From Thermoplasmatales archaeon SW_10_69_26 (GTDB lineage: Archaea > Thermoplasmatota > SW-10-69-26), in NCBI GenBank assembly GCA_003009755.1, contig PXUB01000025.1:14205-78204 (forward strand): a DNA stretch of 64,000 bases, in the 5' to 3' direction. Position 1 is the stretch's first letter; each line of letters opens with the position of its first letter. This document shows positions 28,448 to 38,669 of this stretch, one piece after another. Below the pieces are notes generated by a model. The model was not told the origin of the DNA and did not search any database. It saw nothing but the letters and a program-made list of their open reading frames with translations. Made by a program: the position numbers and the translations under genes.

Positions 28448-30397
28448 ATGCCCGTCAGCTTCGAGGCCCGCGCACGAGAGGGCCTGTCCCGTCGGGGGAC
28501 GATGGAGACCCCGCACGGGCCCGTGGACACGCCGGCGATGATGCCGGTGATCAACCCCAACCGCACGCTGATCGAGCCCCAGCGGATGGCCGAGGACTTC
28601 GGCGCTCAGATCCTCATCACGAACGCCTACATCATCCGCAAGGACGAGGACCTGCGCGAGCAAGCCCGCGAGGAGGGCGTGCACGCCCTGATCGATTGGG
28701 ACCGGCCCCTGGTGACGGATTCGGGCACCTTCCAGGACTACGTTTACGGCGAGATCGACCTCGAGCCCGACGAGATCCTCGCCTTCCAGCGCGAGATGGG
28801 CTCGGACGTCGGCACGATCCTCGACGTCTTCAGCCCGCCGGACCGCACGCACGAGGAGGCCGACCAGGAGGCCGACGACACGCTGTTGCGCGCCGTGGAC
28901 GCGGTCGACCACGCCGGCGACATGGCGCTCAACCTGCCCGTGCAGGGCGGCACCTACCCCGACCTGCGCGAGGCGGCCGCCCGCGACGTCTCCCGCCTCG
29001 AACCGCCCGGTGGTGCCCTGCACCCGATCGGTGGCGTCGTCCCCCTCATGGAGGACCAGCGCTACGTCACGCTCACGAAGGCGATCTTGGGCGCCCAGCG
29101 CGGCCTGCACGCCGGCCGCCCGGTGCACCTGTTCGGCGCCGGCCACCCGCACATGCTGGCCCTGGCGGTCTACCTCGGGTGCGATCTGTTCGACTCGGCC
29201 GCCTACGCCAAGTACGCCGACGACGACCGGCTCGTGTTCCCCTGGGGCACCGTCGGGCTCGACGAGCTCGACGAGCTGCCCTGCACGTGCCCCACCTGCC
29301 GCGAGCGCACCGCCGGGGACCTCGAGGCCTTGCCCGACGACGAGCGCGTGCAGGCGCTGGGCGAGCACAACCTGCACGTCACGATGGCCGAGATGCGCCG
29401 CATCCGGCACGCCCAGGACAGCGGCCGCCTGCTCGAGCTGGTGCTCGAGCGCATCAGCGCGCATCCGGCCTTGGACGCCTGCCGGCACGTGCTGGCCGAC
29501 CACGTCGACCAGCTGGAGGCTCGCGAGCCGGTCTCCCACCACCGCGCGGTGACCCTCGTCGACCACGGCCTCGACTGGCATCCCCAGCCCGAGCGGGCGA
29601 TGGACCGGGTCGACCGCCGGCTGGACCCCCGCGGCCCCCTCACGCTGCTGGATGCGGTCGACCGTCCGTTCACGGCGAACGCCACCGACGAGGTGCAGGC
29701 GATGCGCGCCCGCGGCGTGCACCCGTTCTTCCCGTCCCGGCTGGGCCCGGTGCCCTTCGACCTCGACGAAGCCTACCCGTTCTCCCAGTGCCGGGAGGGA
29801 CCGATCACGGAGCCGGTCGTCGAGGCCAGCCGCGAGCAGCTCGACCAACTGGCCGAGGCGTGGGACGTCGACGTCCTCGCACCTGAGACGGCCCGCCAGC
29901 GGCCGGCGGAGGACGAGGTGGATCTGACGGCCGAGCGCGTGGCCGCGACCGCCAGCTACCAGTTCGGGCCCCAGGCCGGCCGACGCCTGCTGGCGGGCGA
30001 GGTCGCGATCGAGACCTCCCCGCGCACGGGGCGTGTGCGGACCGTGGAGACCGACGGCGAGCACGTGCTCTCGCGCCGCGCCTACGACGGCCTGTTCACG
30101 CTCAAGCTCGCCGGCGCTCGCCGCATCCACGAGTGGTTGCCGCGCCCGTTCATGCGCGTCCGCGTCGACGAGGAGTCGGCCCCGTTCAACGCGGCCGGCA
30201 AATCGGTGTTCGCCAAGTTCGTGCTCGGCGTTCAAAAGGGCCTGCGCCCCGGCGAGGAGTGCCTGGTGGTGGACCCCGACGACGAGCTCGTGGGCTGCGG
30301 GCAGCTGCGGGTCAGCCCGGCCGAGATGAAGGACATGGGCAGCGGGCCGGCCGTCGACGTGCGGGAGGGCATCGGCAAGGACACCTACCGGGGCTGA
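28448..30397 (+). CDS. tgtA: Archaeosine tRNA-guanine(15) transglycosylase
   Basis: TPAMMPV, TDSGTFQ, PVQGG, HLFGAGHP, DLFDSAAY, CTCPTC...HN zinc site, C-terminal PUA. Confidence 0.95.
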   Translation: MPVSFEARAREGLSRRGTMETPHGPVDTPAMMPVINPNRTLIEPQRMAEDFGAQILITNAYIIRKDEDLREQAREEGVHALIDWDRPLVTDSGTFQDYVYGEIDLEPDEILAFQREMGSDVGTILDVFSPPDRTHEEADQEADDTLLRAVDAVDHAGDMALNLPVQGGTYPDLREAAARDVSRLEPPGGALHPIGGVVPLMEDQRYVTLTKAILGAQRGLHAGRPVHLFGAGHPHMLALAVYLGCDLFDSAAYAKYADDDRLVFPWGTVGLDELDELPCTCPTCRERTAGDLEALPDDERVQALGEHNLHVTMAEMRRIRHAQDSGRLLELVLERISAHPALDACRHVLADHVDQLEAREPVSHHRAVTLVDHGLDWHPQPERAMDRVDRRLDPRGPLTLLDAVDRPFTANATDEVQAMRARGVHPFFPSRLGPVPFDLDEAYPFSQCREGPITEPVVEASREQLDQLAEAWDVDVLAPETARQRPAEDEVDLTAERVAATASYQFGPQAGRRLLAGEVAIETSPRTGRVRTVETDGEHVLSRRAYDGLFTLKLAGARRIHEWLPRPFMRVRVDEESAPFNAAGKSVFAKFVLGVQKGLRPGEECLVVDPDDELVGCGQLRVSPAEMKDMGSGPAVDVREGIGKDTYRG

Positions 30398-30478
30398 GGG
30401 GCACATCTCAGCCTGGCTCAGGGACGATCGCGTGGGCTGGGCAAGGGTTCACAAGCAGGCGTCCGGCAAGCGGGAGGC

Positions 30479-31030
30479 ATGCAGCCCGAGGATGAACTGC
30501 GAGCCGACCACATGGCGATCCGGCGAGGCGCAAAGGTGCTCGAACACCTGGCCCACCACCTCCGCGAGGGCCACGGCGTCCGCAACACGGACATGTTCAC
30601 GCTCGTCGACCTGCTCGACCGCGCCGCCGGCGAGGACCACCACGGCAAGGAGGAGCAGATCCTGTTCGCGTTCCTGCGCGAGAGGCGCACGCGGTTCGGG
30701 TTCGACGGGCTGCGCAGCTTCCACGAGGACCACGACGAGCTGGGGGATCTGCTGGCCGACCTCCGCGAGCTCGTCGGCCCAGCCTGCGAGGGGGACCAGC
30801 GGGCCCGGCAACGGTTGGACAAGATGGCCACCCGCTACCGTGAGGCGACCCGCGATCACTTGCGCCGGGAGGAGCAGACGTTCCTCGACCGGCTGCACGA
30901 GAACCTGAGCACCGACGAGATCCAGGATCTCGCCGACCGGTTGGCCGCCTTCGACGGGGCGCCGAAGGCGCGGGACCGCCTCGAGGATCGATCGGATCGG
31001 CTCGCGAACGGCTACGAGGACGCCTTCTGA
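30479..31030 (+). CDS. Hemerythrin (HHE) domain protein
   Basis: LRADH, HHGKEEQILF, EDHDE, HLRREEQTF. Confidence 0.85.
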   Translation: MQPEDELRADHMAIRRGAKVLEHLAHHLREGHGVRNTDMFTLVDLLDRAAGEDHHGKEEQILFAFLRERRTRFGFDGLRSFHEDHDELGDLLADLRELVGPACEGDQRARQRLDKMATRYREATRDHLRREEQTFLDRLHENLSTDEIQDLADRLAAFDGAPKARDRLEDRSDRLANGYEDAF

Positions 31031-31031
31031 G

Positions 31032-31745
31032 TCACTCCCGGAACAGCAGTTGCGTGTGCCCGACGCCGATCACGTCCCCGTGCGACAGCCCTCGGCGCTC
31101 GCCCAGGCCCAGCCGGTCGCCGTTCAGGGAGACCCGAGCCCGCGCCGAGCGGAGATCCAGCAGCGTGTAGGTGTCGTCCTGGATCTCGATCTCGGCCGCC
31201 TGGTCGTCGACGAACCGGCTCTCGGGGAGGGGGACGTCGGCCTTGGGCTGGCTGCCGAGGATCCAGCCGCGGCGGCGGTCGGCCTCGAGCGTGCCCAGGC
31301 GGAACCGGCGGCCGACCTCGAGGCCGTGGACGACGACGAGGTGGGGTCCGGGCCCGGTCGGTTCCGGCTCCCACTCGATCGGCGAGGGATCGGGATCCTC
31401 GGGGTGGACGGACGGGTTGCCGTGGGCGGACAGCTCGCGCAAGGCCTCGGCCAGCGCCCACAGGGGTGCCTGGTCGATCCGGTAGGCGTTCTTCACGCGG
31501 CCGCCCTCGCGGACGCGCTGGGCGCGCACGATGCCGGCCTCCTGCAGCTGGTTGAGGTGGTAGCGCACCCCCTGACGGGTGAGACAGCGGGTGCGGTTCC
31601 CGTTGCGGCCGTCGTGGTCGACCGGCGTGAGCTCGATCTCGTCCAGCGTGCAGGCGTCCTGGAGCTGGGACAGAAGGCTCAGACGGTTCGCGAACGCGAG
31701 CGCTTCGAGGCTCTCCAGGATCCAGTCGGTGGCTTCCTCCCCCAT
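31032..31745 (-). CDS. ArsR-like HTH plus FHA-like domain regulator
   Basis: LEALAFANRLSLL...TRQGVRYHLNQLQEAGIV; C-terminal LVVVHG...WILGS...LLDLRS...VSLNG...LSHGDVIGVG. Confidence 0.8.
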   Translation of the reverse strand: MGEEATDWILESLEALAFANRLSLLSQLQDACTLDEIELTPVDHDGRNGNRTRCLTRQGVRYHLNQLQEAGIVRAQRVREGGRVKNAYRIDQAPLWALAEALRELSAHGNPSVHPEDPDPSPIEWEPEPTGPGPHLVVVHGLEVGRRFRLGTLEADRRRGWILGSQPKADVPLPESRFVDDQAAEIEIQDDTYTLLDLRSARARVSLNGDRLGLGERRGLSHGDVIGVGHTQLLFRE

Positions 31746-32122
31746 GGCGCAGGACGAGGCCCGTGACGAGGTTTGAACGCTCGCGCGAAGATCTTCGATC
31801 ACCGATGGATGTCCTACCGCAGGAGGAACCGGGGGCTGCAGCCGGTCCCCAGCTCCGTCGGGATCAGAGGCCTGGTAGTGCAACGGTTGGCTTGACACGT
31901 GGACGTTTGCCGGTGACAAACGAGGGCCAGCGAACCCAACCGCCCCACCGGGCGCGGGCAAGGTCGGCTGAGTGGTGTCGGCTGGGCGCCGTGCAGGGGA
32001 ACGAGCACCTGCTCGAAGGAAGCAACGATTTGGACTGAAACGCCCATTCTTGGCCGCTTGCGCGGCTCTTTCCCCAAATGTTCATCCCTCTCGAAGGCCC
32101 TGGTTGCGGTGGTTGCGTTCCG

Positions 32123-32821
32123 ATGGCTCCATTGGCTCCCGATACCGAGGTCGAACAGCAGGTCGAGATGAGCGTCGAACTGTCGTGCCACCAGATCGGC
32201 TTCTCGCCGCCGCCGTACGATTGCCACCTCCGGTTGCTGGATCTGGAGGACAGCTGGGTGGGGTACGCGTGGAGCCACGGAGCAGCGATCGATGCGTTCC
32301 ATCGGTGGTTGGCCCGCAACCTCGATCTCGAGCGCACGCGGCTGCAGGAGACCTCGCGCCGCGTGCTGATCGCGCACTTCGAGACCCCGCCTCGCTCCTT
32401 CCAGCACTTGCTCGACCGGGCCGACATGCGGCTGGCGCTGCTGCGGGCCGACGGCTCGGCGGCGTTGAGCGTCGCCGGTGCGCGCTCGGACGTCCGCGAG
32501 CTGTTGGACGCGCTGGAGAACAGCTCGTCGAACGTCGAGGTGACCGACGTCCGCATGCCCTCCGAGTCCCGCCCGGACACGTTGCTCACCACCGAGCAGC
32601 ACCGGGCGATCGGGACCGCCTTCGAGGAGGGCTACTTCGACGTACCTCGCCGCGTGCGGTTGGCCGATCTGGCCGAGCGGTTGGGCACGAGCACGAGCGC
32701 GCTGTCCGAGACGCTTCGCCGGGGATTGTACCGGCTCGTGGAAGCCCACCTGACGGTGCCGGTGGAGGGCGCCCACGAGAACCTGCAGGCCGCCAAGGCC
32801 CAAGCCGACGTCCACGCCTGA
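32123..32821 (+). CDS. Bat/HTH_10-type transcriptional regulator
   Basis: LTTEQHRAIGTAFEEGYFDVPRRVRLADLAERLGTSTSALSETLRRG. Confidence 0.88.
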   Translation: MAPLAPDTEVEQQVEMSVELSCHQIGFSPPPYDCHLRLLDLEDSWVGYAWSHGAAIDAFHRWLARNLDLERTRLQETSRRVLIAHFETPPRSFQHLLDRADMRLALLRADGSAALSVAGARSDVRELLDALENSSSNVEVTDVRMPSESRPDTLLTTEQHRAIGTAFEEGYFDVPRRVRLADLAERLGTSTSALSETLRRGLYRLVEAHLTVPVEGAHENLQAAKAQADVHA

Positions 32822-32878
32822 GCGAGGGCCCGCTGAGCCCGAGCCTCGCGCCGTCCTCAGTCGGCTTCCCCCTCGGCG

Positions 32879-33206
32879 GTGAAGCGGACCGCGCTCGTGC
32901 TCGCGCCGATCCTGGCCATCTCGACCGCGTTGGCCGGCTGCATCGGTGACCCCGATGCGCCGGTCGACGCGGCCGGCGACGAGACCGCCACCGACACCTC
33001 CGATCCCCGGACCCCGGAGACGAACGGGAGCGGGTCCCAGGCTCACCTGGCCGGAGTCGCAGGGCAACGCCTCGCTGCCCACGGACATGACCGACGTCGA
33101 GCACTGCGAGGTGTTCGGGCAGGCCCGCGAGCGCGCCCAGCAGACGCTGGCCGAGCACGGAATCCACGAGCCGGCCGACCTGTCGGCGGTGACGCCGGCT
33201 CGCTGA
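32879..33206 (+). pseudogene. Lipoprotein fragment with frameshift near 33040
   Basis: Lipobox LAGC; protein-like sequence continues in another frame (LTWPESQGNASLPTDMTDVEHC...). Confidence 0.45.
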
Positions 33207-33276
33207 GCCGGTCGTGTTGGGCCCGGGCCGAACGGTTACCGATGGCATATCCAAGGGGAGAGCTCATCGGGCCACG

Positions 33277-33744
33277 ATGCGAACGACGCCGATCCTGGCC
33301 GCGGCCCTCCTGTTGGCCGCAGCGCTCGTGGGATGCCTGGAGCCGTCCCCATCCTCGCCCCCGACGGGTCCGATCGCCTTCGAGACGGTCGAGAAGGGGC
33401 AAGGCTCCGGCGTCGAGGACCGAAAGGCGCTGGAGATCCGCAACGACACTGCCGTCTTCAACCTCTGGGTCCGCCACGATCCCGCCACGAACGACCACCC
33501 CGACCCCCCGGCGGTCGACTTCTCGCAGAAGACCGTGCTCGCCGTTTTCGAGGGCCTTGACGCCTCCACGTGCCGATCGGCCGAGGTGACGAACGTCACC
33601 GGCCTCGACAACGGCACGATCCAGGCCGAGTGGAACCTCACGCCCGTCGCGGAGGAGGCGTGCGAGGGGGGCAACGGCTCGGCGTTCCACATGGTCGCGA
33701 TCGACCGATACGACGCCGAGATCGCCTTCGTGCTCGAGGACTGA
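33277..33744 (+). CDS. Lipoprotein, PrcB C-terminal-like domain
   Basis: Lipobox LVGC; PPAVDFSQKTVLAVF motif; two further Cys. Confidence 0.7.
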   Translation: MRTTPILAAALLLAAALVGCLEPSPSSPPTGPIAFETVEKGQGSGVEDRKALEIRNDTAVFNLWVRHDPATNDHPDPPAVDFSQKTVLAVFEGLDASTCRSAEVTNVTGLDNGTIQAEWNLTPVAEEACEGGNGSAFHMVAIDRYDAEIAFVLED

Positions 33745-33817
33745 GACACCCGGCCGACCCCGGCTCCACCGGAAACGGCCCCGACCAGCTATACCCGGGC
33801 CCTCCCTTGGCGGCCCC

Positions 33818-34387
33818 ATGGCCTCCTACCAGACGAAGCTCAAGATCGGGCGCAAGCTCGAGGGGGTCGACACCGACACCGCCTCGGACAACCAGATCTC
33901 CCTGCTCCTCCGCTACGACGAGGAGACGGGTGCCGAGGACCACGTCAGCGTGTCGATCGAGTCCGACGCGATGACCGTCGACGACGTCTTCGGGCTGCTC
34001 GCGTTCCTGGACGAGCGCGGCGTCCTCACCTCCAGCGAGTGCAAGACCTGGCTCCACCAGTCCAAGGCCAGCCGCGAGGAGCACGGCGGCACGACGGAGT
34101 GGGCCGGCGAGGACCTCGAACGCAAGGTCTCGATGGCGAAGAAGGGCCTGCGGACCCGGTCCGGGGGCGAGGAGGGCAGCGAGCGCGCTCGCAAGCAGGC
34201 GCTGGTCAAGGTCAACGAGCTCGAGCGCGAGCTCGGCGAGCTCAAGGCCACGCTGCGCGGCTCCGACGAGGACGATGACGCCGGCGAGCCCGAGACCGGC
34301 GCGACGAGCGTCGGCGAGAGGGACGAGCCCGATGCCGACGGGTCCGAGACCGACGACAGCGGTCCGACCCCGCCGAACGCGTTGTGA
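33818..34387 (+). CDS. Hypothetical protein with coiled-coil and acidic tail
   Basis: Strong codon bias; TATA-like CTATAC ~30 nt upstream. Confidence 0.75.
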   Translation: MASYQTKLKIGRKLEGVDTDTASDNQISLLLRYDEETGAEDHVSVSIESDAMTVDDVFGLLAFLDERGVLTSSECKTWLHQSKASREEHGGTTEWAGEDLERKVSMAKKGLRTRSGGEEGSERARKQALVKVNELERELGELKATLRGSDEDDDAGEPETGATSVGERDEPDADGSETDDSGPTPPNAL

Positions 34388-34414
34388 GGAGCGGCCGCGG
34401 CGACGTCGGCGGGG

Positions 34415-34810
34415 TCACCCGTCGACGTCGAGGTCGGCGTCGACCTCGATGCCTTGCTCTTGGAAGAGCTGCTCGGCGACCTCCCAGGCGGTCCGCATGT
34501 GGGGGATGAAGATCGAGCCGCCGACGACGAGCGCGACGTTGAGCGCGTCCATCACCTCGTCCGGCTGGGCCTCGTGCTCGGTGATCAACACGTCGAGGTG
34601 GTAGGCGATGCAGTCGTTGCATCGCAGCACGCAGCTGGCGACCAGCCCCATCCACTCCTTCGTGGTCGCGTCCAGCGCGCCGTCCTCGTAGGCGCGCGAG
34701 TCGAGGTTGAAGAACCGCTTGACGCCGAGGTGATCTTGGCCGAGGATCTTGTCGTTGGCTCGCTCGCGGGCCTCGCGGAACTCGTCCACGTCCATGTGCT
34801 CGTGGCTCAT
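34415..34810 (-). CDS. Carboxymuconolactone decarboxylase/AhpD-like protein
   Basis: GALDATTKEWMGLVAS..LRCNDCIAYH (CxxC...H). Confidence 0.85.
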   Translation of the reverse strand: MSHEHMDVDEFREARERANDKILGQDHLGVKRFFNLDSRAYEDGALDATTKEWMGLVASCVLRCNDCIAYHLDVLITEHEAQPDEVMDALNVALVVGGSIFIPHMRTAWEVAEQLFQEQGIEVDADLDVDG

Positions 34811-34889
34811 CACCGGGGCAGGCCGGTCGTGGACGAAAGCCTTGGCCTCGACCCGCCCGCTTTTCAACCCCGGGTCGTCTGTCGCGGCG

Positions 34890-35387
34890 ATGCGCTCGGA
34901 AAAGATCGAGGCGAACCTCGACACGATCGAGGAGTGGCTGACCCACGACCGGTTCCAGGTGACGGAGGTCGAGGACCCGCAAAGCCACGTGACCCTGGAG
35001 GCCGAGCGCGCCGAGGACTTCACCTACTCGATCGTGCACCCCGACCCCGACGCCGATCACGTCTTCGTGGGCCTGGCGCTCCCGGGCGAGGCCATCGACG
35101 AGGCTCTGGCGGACGCCACCGAGGAGGAGACCGAGGTCTTCCTGGCCGACCTGCGGTTCGGGCTGCTCGGCATGGACGTCGAGTTCGAGGGGCTGGAGGT
35201 CGGCACCCCGCGCGTCACGCTGTTCATCCCGGCCTACTTCGACGGGCTCTCCAAAGACCGGTTCATGGAGAAGCTGCGCAAGGTGAAGAACGCCGGCCTG
35301 TTCCTCGAGTGGTCGCTGGCCCCCGTCGAGGAGGAGCTCGATCGCTCGCCCGACCCGGCCGCGGGCGGGGACCGGTACATCCGGTGA
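34890..35387 (+). CDS. DUF2299-like archaeal protein
   Basis: IEEWL...FLADLRFGLL...YFDGLSKDRFM pattern. Confidence 0.65.
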   Translation: MRSEKIEANLDTIEEWLTHDRFQVTEVEDPQSHVTLEAERAEDFTYSIVHPDPDADHVFVGLALPGEAIDEALADATEEETEVFLADLRFGLLGMDVEFEGLEVGTPRVTLFIPAYFDGLSKDRFMEKLRKVKNAGLFLEWSLAPVEEELDRSPDPAAGGDRYIR

Positions 35388-35511
35388 CCCGTCGGACCCG
35401 CCCGCGAGGATCGCGTGGGCGGGGCTAGACTGTCGCTGCTCGTCCTGCCCGTGCTCGGCAAGCTGATCGGGGATCGGGTCCGAGCCGACCTCCGCCTGAG
35501 GGATCGATCGA

Positions 35512-36817
35512 TCAGTCCTGCTCGCCCTCGTCCTCGTCGTCGCCAGCGTCGAGCCCTTCGCCGAGGACGTCGGCGTCCATGTAGGGCGCGAGCGCGTCGG
35601 GCACGTCGACGGTGCCGTCGGCGTTCTGGTTGTTCTCGAGGATGGCGACCATCGCGCGACTGGTGGCGATCGCGGTCGCGTTGAGGGTGTGGGCGGTCTC
35701 CTTGTCGCCACCGTGCTTGCCGGCGCGCCTGGTAGTCGGTGCAGTTGCTGCAGGAGACGACCTCGCGGTAGGACGCGGTGCGGGGACTGTAAACCTCGAT
35801 GTCGTACTTCTTGGCGGCGACGGTGCCGATGTCGCCGGTGCAGACGTTCACGACGCGGTAGGGTAGATCCAGCGCGTCGAAGAGGTGCTCGGCGTTGGCC
35901 AAAAGCTCCTCGTGGATCTCCCAGGAGTCCTCGGGTTCGCAGAAGACGAACTGCTCGACCTTCTGGAACTGGTGCATGCGGAACAGGCCCTTCGTGTCGA
36001 TGCCGTGGGAGCCGATCTCGCGACGGAAGCAGTTCGAGAGCCCGGCCATGCGGATCGGGAGATCGTCCTCGTCGACGATCTCGTCCATGTACATCGCGCC
36101 CAGCGGGTGCTCGCTGGTGGCGATCAGGTACTCGTCGTGGTCCTCGACCTTGTACATCACGTCCTCGAAGTCGGCGAGGTCGGTGACGCCCTCGTAGGGC
36201 TGGCGTCGCATCATCAACGGCGTGGTGACCTGCTCGTAGCCTTGCTCGACGAGGTGGTCGAGCGCGAACCGCTGCAGGGCGCGATCGAGCTCGACGAGGT
36301 CGCCTTTCAGGTAGGCGAACCCGGCGCCGGAGACCTTGGCGGCGCGCTCGAAGTCGGCCAGGTCCTGGCGCTCGATCAGCTCGCCGTGGGGCAGCAGGTC
36401 GTGGTCGGGGACCGTGGGGTCGCCCACGCGGCGAACCTCCTGGTTGTCGTCCTCGTCCTCGCCCTTGGGGACGCTGTCGTGGAGGAGGTTGGGCAACCGG
36501 AGGAGGCCTTCGTCGCGGGTGTCCTTGGCCCGCTCGACGTCCTGCTCGACCTCGGTGATCTCCTGGCTGAGCGCCTCGGCGCGCCGTTGGACCTGTTCGG
36601 CTTCCTCGTCCTCGCCCTCGCGCTTGAGCTCGCCGATGCGTTCGCCGAGCTGGTTGCGCTCGTGGCGGAGCTCGTCCAGCCGGTTGCGGCCCTCGCGCCA
36701 GGTGTCGTCGGCCGCGATCACGGAATCCAGGCGCTCGAGGAGCTCGGGGTCCTCGCGGCGGCGGAGGTTCTCGCGGACGCGGTCGGTCTCCTCCCGGATC
36801 ACCGAGATGTCGAGCAT
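35512..36817 (-). CDS. serS: Seryl-tRNA synthetase (frameshift at ~35720)
   Basis: MLDISVIRE coiled-coil arm, [42 protein letters not shown]; motif 3 ([12 protein letters not shown]) lies in another frame. Confidence 0.92.
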
Positions 36818-36950
36818 CGTTCCCGCCAGGCCCGCGAGAGCCAAAGGGTTTGCCGTTCCTGTCGCCCGGTTTGTCGCCCGCGTGCAAACCGAACGATGAA
36901 GTGGTTTCCCGCTCACTTTGAAACCTGTCGAGAGGCCTGGAGGGTCCACG

Positions 36951-38210
36951 ATGCGAATCCACACCGTACTGGTAGCCGCGCTCATGCTCACCGCCGGTTG
37001 TGTCGGAACAGCCCAGGACGACACCGAGACCGAACCGGCGTCCACGCCGACCTCGGACGCCAACGAGACGACCAGGCGCGAGGAGACGCGCACGTTCACC
37101 TACGAGCAGAACGTGGGCCTCACGGTCACCGACGCCGAGGCGCAGGTCGGAACGATGGGGACCCCCAGCCTGGCTCCCGCGATCGGCGACATGGAGCTGA
37201 CGCTCTCCTGGAACGAGCCCGCGAACGGGTTCGCGCTCGACGTAGAGCTGGCCGACGGATCCACCACCCGGGTCGAGGCCCCCGACGATCCCAGCGCCAC
37301 GAGCACCGGCGCCGAGATCTCGGTCGACGGCCAACCTGCCGGCACGTACCAGTTCGACCTCGTGGCCCCCGACGGCACCACCGTCTCCGACACGGTCACG
37401 CTTGAGGGCACGGTCACGATCGTGCTCGGCGAGACCGCCTCCGACGAGGTGTCCACGAACGACGTCGAGACCGAACGCACCGACGACGGGTGGCTCGCGA
37501 CCCAGACCTTCGAAGACACCGGTCAACCCGGGTCCCAAGCAGACCTCGACGCCGACACCGTGAACGGTGCGATCGAGCTGGCCGGAAGCGCCGACGAGGC
37601 CCGCGCCGTCGTCACCGCGTACGCGGAGGCCGACAGCGAAGACGAGGCGATCGACCGCGTCCAGGACATCCAGGTCACCGTCCGTGTCCAAGACGGCGAG
37701 GTCACCGCCAGGGCGGAGGTGCCCGACGACGACTGGGAGGACCGCGGCGCGAACGTCGACGCCGACGTCACCGACGAGACCACGCTGGGCGGCGAAGCGG
37801 ATACGACGAACGGCGCGATCACGCTCGACGAGAGCCGCGTGACCGGGATCAGGCTCGACACGACGAACGGACCGATCCAGGGTTCGGTCAGTCCCAGCGA
37901 CCGGATCGAGGCCGGCACGACGAACGGCGCGATCGAACTCGACGTCGAGCCCACGGAATCGGCGGAACTCGAGATGGGGACCACGAACGGCGCGATCGAG
38001 CTGGGCCTCACCGAAAACGAGGACATCGCGTACGAGGTCGACGCCAGCACCACGAACGACCGCATCAGCGAGGCTATGGACGAAGCCGAACTCGAGCGCC
38101 AAGGCGAGGGCCAGGCCACGCTCGTCACCGAGAACGGCGAGGCCCGCCCCATCCAGGTCACCGGCGAGACCGACACCACGAACGGCGCGATCGCGTTCCA
38201 GGGACGCTGA
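36951..38210 (+). CDS. Lipoprotein with DUF4097-like adhesin repeats
   Basis: Lipobox TAGC; repeated TTNGAI motifs. Confidence 0.8.
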   Translation: MRIHTVLVAALMLTAGCVGTAQDDTETEPASTPTSDANETTRREETRTFTYEQNVGLTVTDAEAQVGTMGTPSLAPAIGDMELTLSWNEPANGFALDVELADGSTTRVEAPDDPSATSTGAEISVDGQPAGTYQFDLVAPDGTTVSDTVTLEGTVTIVLGETASDEVSTNDVETERTDDGWLATQTFEDTGQPGSQADLDADTVNGAIELAGSADEARAVVTAYAEADSEDEAIDRVQDIQVTVRVQDGEVTARAEVPDDDWEDRGANVDADVTDETTLGGEADTTNGAITLDESRVTGIRLDTTNGPIQGSVSPSDRIEAGTTNGAIELDVEPTESAELEMGTTNGAIELGLTENEDIAYEVDASTTNDRISEAMDEAELERQGEGQATLVTENGEARPIQVTGETDTTNGAIAFQGR

Positions 38211-38228
38211 CGCGACCGGTCCCGCGAG

Positions 38229-38669
38229 TCACGGGCCGTCGATCTCCCGCTCGGTCAGCTCGCGCTCGAGCACGTCCCCCATCTCGTCGACGTGCACGGG
38301 GAACAGGCCGATCACGTCGTAGCCGTGCTCCTCGTAGATCTCCATCTTCTCCGCCATGCGGTCCTCGTAGCTGGCCTGGCCAGCCATGCCCCAGTACTCG
38401 ATCAGGACGTCCGTGCCCTCGAGGCGGAAGTCCGGCGTGAGGCCGCCGGCCACGGTCGGCTCGTAGACGTAGGCGATGCCCTCGCGGGTCAGCCAGTTGG
38501 CGATCCGTTGTTCGCCCTTGCTGGCCACCCAGGGACCCTCGCGGGTGGGCAGCGGGCGCCCAGGGGGGTGGTCCTCGCCGTCGGGCTCCTCGACGTGGGC
38601 CAACAGCCAGAGGCCGGCGACGAGCGCGAGCCCGACGCCGATCGCCGCGAGGAGCGCGAGGGCGACCAC
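38229..38669 (-). CDS. Membrane-anchored PD-(D/E)XK nuclease-like protein
   Basis: N-terminal TM; SKGEQRIANWL...YEP...PDFRL...LIEYWG. Confidence 0.7.
   Translation of the reverse strand: MVALALLAAIGVGLALVAGLWLLAHVEEPDGEDHPPGRPLPTREGPWVASKGEQRIANWLTREGIAYVYEPTVAGGLTPDFRLEGTDVLIEYWGMAGQASYEDRMAEKMEIYEEHGYDVIGLFPVHVDEMGDVLERELTEREIDGP

Noticed and set aside
34242-38102. Very long alternative ORFs (e.g. 1286 aa here, 47527..50760, 44415..47279, 39016..40650)
   Set aside because: Antisense or shifted shadows of real genes, expected from high GC3; Arg/Pro-rich and without motifs
37560-38200. Recurrent ACGAACGGCGCGATC repeats as a possible CRISPR array
   Set aside because: They are in-frame TTNGAI protein repeats with irregular spacing inside a lipoprotein; no cas genes
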